Source: Opitutales bacterium
GTDB lineage: Bacteria; Verrucomicrobiota; Verrucomicrobiia; Opitutales; UBA2987
Length of the DNA: 64,000 nt
NCBI GenBank assembly: GCA_965226885.1
Contig: CBDDEL010000017.1
Coordinates: 64,001 to 128,000 of the forward strand
Direction of reading: 5' to 3'
Positions 11,770 to 20,804 of this stretch are shown here, piece after piece; position 1 is the first letter of the stretch, and each line of letters opens with the position of its first letter. The notes under the pieces are model-generated. The model saw nothing but the letters and a program-made list of their open reading frames with translations. It made no database searches and was not told the origin of the DNA. The position numbers were made by a program, and so were the translations under genes.

Positions 11770-12818
11770 AATCACTTTTTTTCAGTATCTACCTGTCATT
11801 TCTGTGGGCCGCCTTGGCCAACGCTCAAACTGTCATTGATCCAATACCCGATGGTTACTATAGTACAGCAGAGGGCAAAACAGGGACGGAGTTGGCCGAT
11901 GCCCTCCATGACATCATCGACGATCACTTCAGCATTGGATATACTCCGACACGTGAGGCATTACCAATTACGGACATGGATCCTTCGAATCCCAACAATA
12001 CGATCTTAATTTATTCGAGAGACTCGGTACCCTTCACCACTCTTACCGGAATTTATAATCGGGAACATCTCTGGCCACGTTCGAGGGGCATCGGCAGTTC
12101 CGGACCGGATAATTCGGACCTGTTCAACCTTCGCCCAAGTCATGTTTCCACCAACAGCGACCGGGGCAATTTGATTTTCGATGAAAGCGATGTAAATGAC
12201 TCCGGTTATCGACCGCCGGGATCTTTTTCATTGGCGCCCGAGGTATCCCGCGATTCGGATTCGTGGGAGCCGCCCAACAGCGTGAAAGGGGCCATCGCCC
12301 GGTCGATGTTTTATATGGCCGTTCGTTACGATGGGAGCGATTCCGCTACCACCGACCTGGTTTTGACCAACGATTCGCAATTATCCAGTACGGAATTGGG
12401 CGCCCTGGACACCCTGCTTACCTGGCACCGGCAGTTTCCCGTGACCGATGCGGAACGCCTCCGAAACCAGAAAATTTTCGACCAATTTCAGCATAATCGT
12501 AACCCATTCATCGATTTCCCGGATTTTGCCGAGATGATTTACGGCACTGAATCACCCGACGTTTTTGGTGGGGTTGCGATTATTGGATTCTCTGGATGGC
12601 GCAGTTCATCCTGGTACAAGAACTATAACGCGGAGTTCTGGCCCTGGATTTATCATGACGAGCACGGGTGGCAATATGTTGACGCAAATAGCGCCGAAAA
12701 CGAAATATTTATTTGGGATTTTGGCCTCAACGAATGGATTTTCCTGAACGAATCCACCTATCGCTGGATTTATATCTTCGGGGATAATCCGGGTTGGATT
12801 TTTACTTTTTACCTTTGA
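11766..12818 (+). CDS. Secreted endonuclease I (Bsn/EndA-like) family protein with Trp-rich C-terminal domain; tail probably truncated by a 7-bp duplication
   Basis: Signal peptide; NREHLWPRS, SDLFNLRP, NSDRGN, KGAIARSMFYMAVRY, QHNRNPFID; ATGA overlap with the pgk stop. Confidence 0.88.
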   Translation: MKSLFFSIYLSFLWAALANAQTVIDPIPDGYYSTAEGKTGTELADALHDIIDDHFSIGYTPTREALPITDMDPSNPNNTILIYSRDSVPFTTLTGIYNREHLWPRSRGIGSSGPDNSDLFNLRPSHVSTNSDRGNLIFDESDVNDSGYRPPGSFSLAPEVSRDSDSWEPPNSVKGAIARSMFYMAVRYDGSDSATTDLVLTNDSQLSSTELGALDTLLTWHRQFPVTDAERLRNQKIFDQFQHNRNPFIDFPDFAEMIYGTESPDVFGGVAIIGFSGWRSSSWYKNYNAEFWPWIYHDEHGWQYVDANSAENEIFIWDFGLNEWIFLNESTYRWIYIFGDNPGWIFTFYL

Positions 12819-12927
12819 AACTAATACCCCGCAAAGCCGATTCTTTCAGAGATTCGACGATGGAAGCTTATTCAGCATCCCGGCAGGGTTGACCCCCGAT
12901 TGATTTTATTAATTATTTTCAGGCGCA

Positions 12928-13956
12928 ATGGTATTTGAAATTCTGCCTCAGGTAACCAAGGGGTGGATGCAAATGGGCATTTCCATCGGTGTCATCTTGC
13001 TGGTCCTTGGGTTTTTCTTTTTCCGGATGGTGTCCATGCCGGGGAAAACCTACTCCGGTACTTTGCCTAAGCTGGACGGGGAGGAGGCGGAAACGGCCCG
13101 AAATCTCCAACGCCATGTTGGCAAGCTGGCTCACGAAATTGGAGAGCGGAATTACGTTGCTTACGCAGGTTTGCTAGCCGCCGCCGAATACCTGGAAAAG
13201 ACCCTGGGGGAATTGGGGTATAAAGTTCGGTCACAAACCTTCGACATTCCCGCGGGCGTGGTGAGGAACCTCGAGGTCGAACTTCCCGGCAAGGCGCGGC
13301 CCGAAGAAATTATCGTTATCGGCGGGCACTACGATTCTGTTGTCGGCTCCCCGGGGGCGGACGATAATGCCACCGGCTCAGCCGCAGTGATTGAGCTGGC
13401 TCGAATCTTTGCTCAAAAAAGGCTGCAAAAAACCATTCGCTTTGTCCTCTTTGTCAACGAGGAAGATCCCCATTTTCAAACGCCGACTATGGGTAGTCTG
13501 GTTTACGCCAATGAGCTTCACGAGCGGGGAAATAATGTAGTGGCGATGTTCTCCCTTGAGTCCATCGGGTATTTTTCCGGCCAGGCCGATTCGCAGAATT
13601 ATCCGTTCCCTTTCAGCCTTCTTTATCCGGACAAGGGTAATTTTATAGGTTTTGTGGGCAACCTAGGGTCCCGCGGCCTCGTTCGCCGATCCTTGGATAT
13701 TTTCCGCAACAACTGCATTTTCCCATCAGAGGGGCTCGCAGCTTTGGAAATAATACCGGGCATCGGCTGGTCGGACCACTGGCCGTTTTGGAAATTCGGC
13801 TACAAGGCATTAATGGTCACCGATACGGCCCCGTTTCGAAATCCCCATTATCATCTCGCAACAGACACCATCGAGACCATTGACTATGCCTCCATGGCCC
13901 GGATTGTGCACGGCCTTGAGGCCGTCATATCCAATTTGGCCGGAGAAACAGAATAG
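12928..13956 (+). CDS. M28-family metallopeptidase, N-terminal membrane anchor
   Basis: GGHYDS, GADDNATG, NEE, SDH, YHLATD. Confidence 0.9.
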   Translation: MVFEILPQVTKGWMQMGISIGVILLVLGFFFFRMVSMPGKTYSGTLPKLDGEEAETARNLQRHVGKLAHEIGERNYVAYAGLLAAAEYLEKTLGELGYKVRSQTFDIPAGVVRNLEVELPGKARPEEIIVIGGHYDSVVGSPGADDNATGSAAVIELARIFAQKRLQKTIRFVLFVNEEDPHFQTPTMGSLVYANELHERGNNVVAMFSLESIGYFSGQADSQNYPFPFSLLYPDKGNFIGFVGNLGSRGLVRRSLDIFRNNCIFPSEGLAALEIIPGIGWSDHWPFWKFGYKALMVTDTAPFRNPHYHLATDTIETIDYASMARIVHGLEAVISNLAGETE

Positions 13957-14016
13957 GTCGGCTGCTTTGCCATTGAAGTCAGCCAGTGAGCTATTGTTGA
14001 TCTGTCCAAAAGGGCT

Positions 14017-14583
14017 CTACCTGACGACTATCAGATCGCAGCGGCGATCGTTGGCCATTTGGTCGGACGAACCTTCCTCTATCGCATCGAAGTCGCCTTT
14101 TGAATTGGTTTCCATACGATCTTCTGCCACGCCTAGGGCTGCCAAGTACTGTTTTACATTGTTCGCTCTGCGATCGCCCAGGGCCAGATTGTATTCGGTG
14201 GTTCCCCGCCAGTCGCAATGGCCCTCGATGAGAAGTTTGTCGTTGGGATTGTCGAGCAAGTGGGCTGCGGCGCCCTGAAGTATTTCACGCTGGCCGGGTA
14301 AAATGGAGACTAGGTCATAATCAAAAAATACCGGGGACAGTAAATCCGGCAATTGATTGTCCACCGACATAAAGTCGGAATCCGGTGCCCTGACATTCAA
14401 TAATCCCGATTCTCCGGTATAGGCATCGGTCACAATCGTATAATCGATTCTTTCACCGCCGGGCCCTAAAATGGTGTCCTGAGGTGTGGGGTCGGGGTTT
14501 TTTTTGCCGCACCCAGCCAGTGCCAGCGCCAGTATTAGAGGAATCAGAGCCAGTAAAAGATATTTTCGGCCTTTCATAAGCAT
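14017..14583 (-). CDS. pal: OmpA-domain peptidoglycan-associated lipoprotein (Pal-like)
   Basis: Lipobox LAGC; FFDYD, GHCDWRG, YNLALGDRRA, NDRR. Confidence 0.82.
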   Translation of the reverse strand: MLMKGRKYLLLALIPLILALALAGCGKKNPDPTPQDTILGPGGERIDYTIVTDAYTGESGLLNVRAPDSDFMSVDNQLPDLLSPVFFDYDLVSILPGQREILQGAAAHLLDNPNDKLLIEGHCDWRGTTEYNLALGDRRANNVKQYLAALGVAEDRMETNSKGDFDAIEEGSSDQMANDRRCDLIVVR

Positions 14584-14641
14584 AAGTAGTATGTGTTTTT
14601 CAGTTTGAATTGGAACTTTTTATTGATGGGAACGTAAATTT

Positions 14642-15295
14642 TTATGGACGCCCCGGCGTGTCGATCAATCCTTGCTCAATGGCAAACCGGGTGAGCCCGG
14701 CGACATCGTGCAAATCAAGTTTCTTCATCAGGTTGGTGCGATGGTTTTCGGCTGTTTTCACACTGATGTTGAGCTTGCTGGCGACTTCTTTTGTGCTGTG
14801 GCTTTCGGCAATGAGCTGTAGAATTTCCCGCTCGCGGGTGGTCAACAATTCCAGAACCGGATTTTGCGAAGAAGGGTTGGCCACCGCTTCACGCAAGTGG
14901 CGGGCCACATCCGGGCCAAAATAACTACCTCCATTGGCGACCGCCTGGATTCCATTTTTAAGCTCAGACAGAGGCGCAGATTTTTCCACAAAACCGTGGG
15001 CTCCGGCTTGCAGCAGCTCTCGAATCAAAGAGGTGTTCTGGTATCCAGAAAATACCAGCACCCTGGTTTTTTTAAGAGACTTGGAAAACCTGCGCAAAAC
15101 TTCCGTACCGTTAAGGCCGGGCAGCATGACATCGAGAATGACAAAGTCCGGCTTCAATTCGATGCAGAGATTGTAAGCGGCCTGTCCGTCACCCGATTCG
15201 GCGACGACATCAAAATCGGGCTGTGAGGAGATAATTTCAGCAATCATCTCCCGAACCGCAGTTTGATCTTCAATTATAACAACTCTTTTTATCAT
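14642..15295 (-). CDS. NarL/FixJ-family response regulator (REC + LuxR HTH); no kinase adjacent
   Basis: [26 protein letters not shown]...[17 protein letters not shown]. Confidence 0.93.
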   Translation of the reverse strand: MIKRVVIIEDQTAVREMIAEIISSQPDFDVVAESGDGQAAYNLCIELKPDFVILDVMLPGLNGTEVLRRFSKSLKKTRVLVFSGYQNTSLIRELLQAGAHGFVEKSAPLSELKNGIQAVANGGSYFGPDVARHLREAVANPSSQNPVLELLTTREREILQLIAESHSTKEVASKLNISVKTAENHRTNLMKKLDLHDVAGLTRFAIEQGLIDTPGRP

Positions 15296-15515
15296 CCGTA
15301 GGGTGGAAAACAGTTTCCAAGACTAAGTTAATCAGCTATTTGAAACATTCCATCGGCGCAATATAATTCTGGGATTGCCATTGATTTTTAATGATTTGCG
15401 AAATTCAAGGAAATCGAATATCTTAAATCCATTACTTGTGTGAATAAAGGGGACTGTTGACGCCTCCTGTTTAGAACTGGCAGCAACCCAATGACAGACT
15501 GGAAAGTGAATAAAA

Positions 15516-16289
15516 ATGTTTGCTAGATTGGCCCTTTGGCTGGGAGGAATCGGGACCTTCCATGTGAAGCGATTGGGACGCTCGGGGATTTTTCTGATCG
15601 AGAGCCTGGCCTGTTTGTTGTCGCCGCCCATCAAATGGGGGCGGATTGTCAGGCGCATACAATTTATCGGCTGGCAATCAACCGGATTGATCTGCCTGAC
15701 GGGAGTATTTACCGGCATGGTCCTGGCCTTGCAGGGCCATAACACATTGAAAAGAGTTGGCTCGGAAGCTCTTTTGGGTCCGCTTGTGGCGCTCTCCTTG
15801 ATTCGCGAACTAGGGCCTGTTCTGGCCGCTTTGCTAGTTACGGGCCGGGCCGGCTCGGCCTTGACGGCGGAAATTTCCATCATGCGCAATAACGAGCAGA
15901 TTGACGCCATGCAGCTGATGGGGCTGAATCCGTTGCGCTACCTCGTTCTTCCCGTCATGGTGGCGGGTGTCATTGCGCTCACTATTTTAACCTGGATATT
16001 CGATGTTACTGGAATTTTTGGAGGCTATTTAATTGGCGTAAAACTGTTAGGGCTGCCTTCGGGAACTTATTTTGGGGAAATCAGCCGCTACCTGGTTATG
16101 GACGATATTGTGGGCGGCATTTACAAATCCTTGAGTTTCGGCCTCATCATGACCTGGATCTGTTGTTACAAGGGTTATTTTACCGGACTGGGAGCCGAAG
16201 GCGCCGGGCGGGCCACCACGCAGGCGGTGGTCACCACATCGGTCTTTATCCTGATATGGGACTTTTTTGTTACTACCGTTATTTTTTAG
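15516..16289 (+). CDS. mlaE: MlaE-family lipid ABC transporter permease
   Basis: IRELGPVLAALLVTGRAGSA..AEI..M...EQIDAM; GAGRATTQAVV. Confidence 0.92.
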   Translation: MFARLALWLGGIGTFHVKRLGRSGIFLIESLACLLSPPIKWGRIVRRIQFIGWQSTGLICLTGVFTGMVLALQGHNTLKRVGSEALLGPLVALSLIRELGPVLAALLVTGRAGSALTAEISIMRNNEQIDAMQLMGLNPLRYLVLPVMVAGVIALTILTWIFDVTGIFGGYLIGVKLLGLPSGTYFGEISRYLVMDDIVGGIYKSLSFGLIMTWICCYKGYFTGLGAEGAGRATTQAVVTTSVFILIWDFFVTTVIF

Positions 16290-16301
16290 GAATCCATCGA
16301 A

Positions 16302-17048
16302 ATGATTCGCGTTGAGAATTTAAGAAAATCATTGGCCGGAGCGGAGGTATTGCGGGATGTTTCCCTCTGCGTCGAGAAGGGCGAATTCCTGGCTTTAATA
16401 GGCGGGAGCGGGAGCGGGAAGAGCGTTTTGCTGAAGCATATCGTCGGCCTCATGCAGCCGGACTCGGGTCGCATTTGGATTGATGGCAAGGATCTGGGAT
16501 CGCTGCGCGGAAGCAGATTGGAACAGATGCGCCGCAGGTACGGGTTCGTATTTCAAAACGGCGCTCTGTTCGACTCCATGACCGTTTACGAAAACCTGGC
16601 CTTTCCCCTGCGGGAAAAAACCCGCCTAAGCGAAACAGAAATCAGGAAAAAAATCGCGCAAGAGCTGGAACAGGTCGAACTGGACGGAGTCGAATCGAAG
16701 TACCCTGCACAGTTAAGCGGAGGCATGGTTAAAAGAACCGCTTTGGCCAGAGCCCTCATAATGGATCCCGAAATCATATTCTTCGATGAACCGACCACGG
16801 GACTGGACCCCATCATTGCCGATTCTATGCTCAAGCTGTTCGAGAGATGTCATCAACAGTTAAATTTAACCGGCATCATCGTTTCCCATTTAATCCCGAA
16901 AATTTTTACCATCTCCCAGAAGGTAGCCATGCTGCACGAGGGAAAAATCATCAGCGCACCTTGCGAAAATGGTTCCATAATCACAGAAAATCGGATTTTA
17001 AAGCAATTTGTCGAGGGAACCACCGAAGGGCCCGTGCGTTATGAATAA
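16302..17048 (+). CDS. mlaF: MlaF-like ABC ATP-binding protein
   Basis: Walker A GGSGSGKS, FQNGALFDS, LSGGM, FFDEPTTGLDP; operon context. Confidence 0.9.
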   Translation: MIRVENLRKSLAGAEVLRDVSLCVEKGEFLALIGGSGSGKSVLLKHIVGLMQPDSGRIWIDGKDLGSLRGSRLEQMRRRYGFVFQNGALFDSMTVYENLAFPLREKTRLSETEIRKKIAQELEQVELDGVESKYPAQLSGGMVKRTALARALIMDPEIIFFDEPTTGLDPIIADSMLKLFERCHQQLNLTGIIVSHLIPKIFTISQKVAMLHEGKIISAPCENGSIITENRILKQFVEGTTEGPVRYE

Positions 17049-17107
17049 CCTGGAATATTTACTGAAGAACCCATTAAAAAAATCCGCAAAGGCAGCATAA
17101 CTAAACT

Positions 17108-17554
17108 ATGAAAACGAGAGAGCATTATTTGGAATTTTCCGTCGGGCTTTTCATGATCCTTGGCTTGGCGGCGATAGGATACCTAAGCGTCAAACTCGCT
17201 AAAAAGGATTTTTTCGATACCGGCGGTTACCAGGTGCACGCTTTATTCTCCAATGTGGGAGGGCTCACCGCTGGCGCCCCAGTGGAAATTGCCGGTGTCC
17301 AAATCGGGCGCGTGAAAGCCATCACCCTCGACAATTATGACGCCAATGTCCTCATGATTATGGATGAGGGTGTGGAATTGCAGGAAGACGTCATTGCTTC
17401 GATCAAGACCAAGGGTTTGTTCGGGGAAAAATTCGTGGAAATCGTCCCCGGCGGGGTAGAGGAGGTCATTCAACCGGGGGGCTTGATTTTGGAAACGGAA
17501 CCGGCCATGGATTTTGAAGGACTCATATCTAAATTCGTACACGGGAAATTCTAA
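17108..17554 (+). CDS. mlaD: MlaD (MCE-domain) protein
   Basis: N-terminal TM; FSNVGGL..GAPVEIAGVQIGRV; ASIKTKGLFGEKFVEI. Confidence 0.92.
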   Translation: MKTREHYLEFSVGLFMILGLAAIGYLSVKLAKKDFFDTGGYQVHALFSNVGGLTAGAPVEIAGVQIGRVKAITLDNYDANVLMIMDEGVELQEDVIASIKTKGLFGEKFVEIVPGGVEEVIQPGGLILETEPAMDFEGLISKFVHGKF

Positions 17555-17567
17555 CTTTTGGCCCTCA

Positions 17568-18215
17568 ATGCACCCGATACCGTTTCCAACAAGCGTCCGC
17601 TGGCGTTTAAAAGGGATTTTTTCTGTAACTCTTGTGATGGGGTTATTGTCAGCAACTTTGGCGATGGCGGGACTGCCCACGGACCTGATAAGGGAAACGA
17701 ATAAGAAATTAGTGGCTATTCTTGAGGATCCGGACCTCACGGATGCGGAAAAGCTTCCTCAAAAAAAGGTTCAAATTGGAAAAGTAGCGGACGAACGAGT
17801 CGATTGGTACGGTCTTTGCCAGAGATGCCTGGGGAGGCATTGGAGAGAACGGACAGCCGAAGAAAAAAAACTTTTTATATCCACCCTGACCCGATTCGTG
17901 AAAATTAAATACACCAATCAGATTCTTGATAATTTTGGAGATTTAAAGGAGATCGTCTATCAGGATGAGACCACTGTAGGCAGCTATGCCCTGGTGAAAA
18001 TTATATTGGTTACCAAGGATCATTTGGTAACTCCCATTTTTTATCGCATGAAATCGAATTCCGACGAATCCAATTGGGAAATCATAGATATCGTGATCGA
18101 AGGGACCAGCATGGTGAAGATTTACCGGACTCAGTTCGACGATATCCTCAGAAACGGCACGTTCGATGAGTTAATAGAAAAAATTAATTCCAAGACCATC
18201 GAGTTAACTTTATGA
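17568..18215 (+). CDS. mlaC: MlaC/Ttg2D periplasmic lipid-binding protein
   Basis: LGRHW, YRM...WEIIDIVIEGTSMVKIYRTQF; start codon uncertain. Confidence 0.85.
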   Translation: MHPIPFPTSVRWRLKGIFSVTLVMGLLSATLAMAGLPTDLIRETNKKLVAILEDPDLTDAEKLPQKKVQIGKVADERVDWYGLCQRCLGRHWRERTAEEKKLFISTLTRFVKIKYTNQILDNFGDLKEIVYQDETTVGSYALVKIILVTKDHLVTPIFYRMKSNSDESNWEIIDIVIEGTSMVKIYRTQFDDILRNGTFDELIEKINSKTIELTL

Positions 18216-18255
18216 GGTTAAATGTCTAAATATCAAAGATTTAGGAAAATAGCAT

Positions 18256-18283
18256 AAAACGCACAATATATATTATGTCTAAT
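18256..18283 (+). other. Putative dif (XerCD) recombination site
   Basis: AAAACGCACAA-TATATA-TTATGTCTAAT versus E. coli dif GGTGCGCATAA-TGTATA-TTATGTTAAAT: 6/11, 5/6, 9/11; intergenic. Confidence 0.6.
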
Positions 18284-18379
18284 TATTATCTTCGTGTTTT
18301 AAGACCATATTGCCCTTTTAACTTTTCGACCTGAATTTTTTGGCTTTCCTCAGTATACTGAATTTCTCATGTTGAAATC

Positions 18380-19381
18380 ATGAATTTGCGGAATGAAGGA
18401 AAAATTCTGGTTACGGGCGGGGCCGGTTTTATCGGGAGCGCATTGGTTTGGGCTCTCAATAAGCGGGGAATTGAGGACATTATTATTGCCGATTATTTGG
18501 GGAGCGATGAAAAATGGAAAAATCTGGTTCCTTTGCGCTTCGAACATTATCTGGAAGCAGACGAGTTGCTTGAGAACCTGAAAAGAAAAGAAAATTCTTT
18601 CTTGGGAGATTTGAGCACCGTTTTTCACCTTGGGGCCTGTTCCAGCACGACAGAAACGGACGCTTCCTATCTGGCGAATAACAATTACGAATATACCCGG
18701 TTTCTGGCTGAATGGGCGCTTTCCAGAGGAATCCGTTTTATTTATGCTTCCTCAGCCGCCACTTACGGTGATGGCGGCCAAGGTATGGATGACAAAGATA
18801 AGGACCTCGCCCGCCTGAGACCGCTCAATATGTATGGATATTCCAAACACATGTTCGACCTCTACGCTCAAAGGCACAATCTATTGGAGCAAATTGTAGG
18901 GCTTAAATATTTCAATGTCTTCGGTCCCAATGAAAACCATAAGGGAAATATGCGCAGTCTGGTCCACAAAGCTTTTGAACAAATTCGTGATTACGGGGCC
19001 GTTAAATTATTCAAAAGCTATCATCCCGACTACCCTGACGGCGAACAAAAGCGGGATTTTCTCTATGTCAAAGACACCGTGGAGATGACCCTTTTTCTGG
19101 CTGAAAATGAAAAAGCGTCCGGCCTCTACAACATCGGCAGCGGACAGGCGCACACCTGGATTGAATTGGTCGAACCGATTTTCCATGCCATGAATAAGCC
19201 GGTAAATATCGAATTTATCGACATGCCAGAGGCCATCCGGTCTCAATACCAATATTTCACGGAGGCCGATACCTCAAAACTTCGTCATAGCGGTTATGGA
19301 GATTCAGTCATGTCACTGGCGGAAGCCGTCACCGACTATGTGAAAAACTATCTCCTCGACCATAAAACCCTGGGCGCCTGA
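18380..19381 (+). CDS. hldD: ADP-L-glycero-D-manno-heptose 6-epimerase
   Basis: VTGGAGFIGS, HLGACSSTTE, ASSAATYG, PLNMYGYSK, YFNVFGPNE.HKG.M. Confidence 0.93.
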   Translation: MNLRNEGKILVTGGAGFIGSALVWALNKRGIEDIIIADYLGSDEKWKNLVPLRFEHYLEADELLENLKRKENSFLGDLSTVFHLGACSSTTETDASYLANNNYEYTRFLAEWALSRGIRFIYASSAATYGDGGQGMDDKDKDLARLRPLNMYGYSKHMFDLYAQRHNLLEQIVGLKYFNVFGPNENHKGNMRSLVHKAFEQIRDYGAVKLFKSYHPDYPDGEQKRDFLYVKDTVEMTLFLAENEKASGLYNIGSGQAHTWIELVEPIFHAMNKPVNIEFIDMPEAIRSQYQYFTEADTSKLRHSGYGDSVMSLAEAVTDYVKNYLLDHKTLGA

Positions 19382-19418
19382 GGGCCCCCCTTCCCTTTTA
19401 AACGCGAGGGATAAGGTA

Positions 19419-20096
19419 TTATTCGAGCGGGAAAAGTTCCAGAATCTCTTCCACTTTCCACGAATTGGGCCGCTCGTGGCTGGCCCTGATTGCGGTCACC
19501 TGCTCGGCGGATACCTGGTCGGAATTATTACCCCAGTCGGGATTGGTACGAACATAGGTGGCAATGGCGGCTATCTGCTCATCGTCCAACAAAGAGGAAA
19601 AAGGCGTCATAATGCTGTTATAGGCATTTCCGACAACTTCAATTTGGCCAGACATGCCGTTCAACATAATGGCCACCATGCGGTCCGGTTCCCCACGCAC
19701 CCAGCGCGAACCGACAAGCGGCGGAAAGGCTCCGGGTAGCCCCGTGCCGTCGGCTTGGTGGCAGGCGATGCAATTGCGTTTGTAAAGCTTTTCCCCATCA
19801 ATTGCCACTGGCTGCAAATCCCCGGAACCTACATCAAACGAGGGTGGCTTACCCTCGGGATCGAAAACAAAAGGATGGTAGCCGCCGGCGTATTTACTGA
19901 GGTATATGCTCCCGAAGACAAAGATGAATGTGAACAAAGCTGTCCCCAAAATAGGCATGGAAAGGACACCGTTGCCATTACTCTCGGATTTCGAGAATGT
20001 CCGGGCATGGGTTTCCAGAAGAGCGTCGTCCGGCATCCGGCTTTTTTCAGCCAGATTCATGGATGGGTCGGAATCGTTAGATTTTGAGTGGCTCAT
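19419..20096 (-). CDS. Membrane-anchored monoheme class I cytochrome c
   Basis: One TM; CIACHQADGTG..GAFPPL; distal Met (IMTPF). Confidence 0.9.
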   Translation of the reverse strand: MSHSKSNDSDPSMNLAEKSRMPDDALLETHARTFSKSESNGNGVLSMPILGTALFTFIFVFGSIYLSKYAGGYHPFVFDPEGKPPSFDVGSGDLQPVAIDGEKLYKRNCIACHQADGTGLPGAFPPLVGSRWVRGEPDRMVAIMLNGMSGQIEVVGNAYNSIMTPFSSLLDDEQIAAIATYVRTNPDWGNNSDQVSAEQVTAIRASHERPNSWKVEEILELFPLE

Positions 20097-20107
20097 TAAT
20101 GGATCGA

Positions 20108-20794
20108 TTAATTCTGCGGTTCTTCCTGTAAACGGGCTTCGGGCAGGCTGTAATCGAGTTTCAGGCTCTGCAAATAGGCAACCAGAGCCTTTGCCCGGCG
20201 GGTGGGCACAATTTCGTATCCTTCGGCGGGGCCAAAGCCCTCCTGAAATTCAATGGCGTTGGGCGAAGCTTCCCCATTTGAGGCGATTTTGCGTTTTTGG
20301 TATAAAAAAGCATAGGGAGGCATGTTGGAACCGGACTTTTCGGATTGCGGGTTATACAAATGGGCGTGTAGGCGGTTCACCGAGCCGCTGCGTTGGCCGA
20401 AGTCGGCCAAATCCGGCCCGTTGCGCGAAGATCCCAGCAACACCCTCTTTTGCTGTATGTAATCGCGGGGCACTGATTGGCGGTTTCCCCAGCCGCGCTC
20501 GAAATCGGTTCCGAAGCCTTTTCGGCGAACCTGCTGGGTGTGGCAATAGACGCAGCCCAGGCCAACGTATTGGGCTTTCCCCTGTTGGGCCAGACCGACG
20601 GATTCCTCGGGGTATCGAGGCTCGTCTTTTTGAGGCGTCTCGATTCTCGCGGTATTGGAAACCGGGTCGATGGCGTAATATTCCGACATGGGTTGAAGCT
20701 CGCCCAATTGCTTTTGGCCCTGCCAGAGAATTCCAGCCCAGGAAAGAGCCAGGGTGGCGAATAATCCGCAAAATATTAAAGGCAGGCTTTTCAT
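20108..20794 (-). CDS. ccoO: cbb3-type oxidase subunit II-like monoheme cytochrome (CcoO/FixO)
   Basis: GCVYCHTQQVR, LGSSRNGPDLA, HLYNP...SNMPPY. Confidence 0.88.
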   Translation of the reverse strand: MKSLPLIFCGLFATLALSWAGILWQGQKQLGELQPMSEYYAIDPVSNTARIETPQKDEPRYPEESVGLAQQGKAQYVGLGCVYCHTQQVRRKGFGTDFERGWGNRQSVPRDYIQQKRVLLGSSRNGPDLADFGQRSGSVNRLHAHLYNPQSEKSGSNMPPYAFLYQKRKIASNGEASPNAIEFQEGFGPAEGYEIVPTRRAKALVAYLQSLKLDYSLPEARLQEEPQN

Positions 20795-20804
20795 TCTATC
20801 TCAA

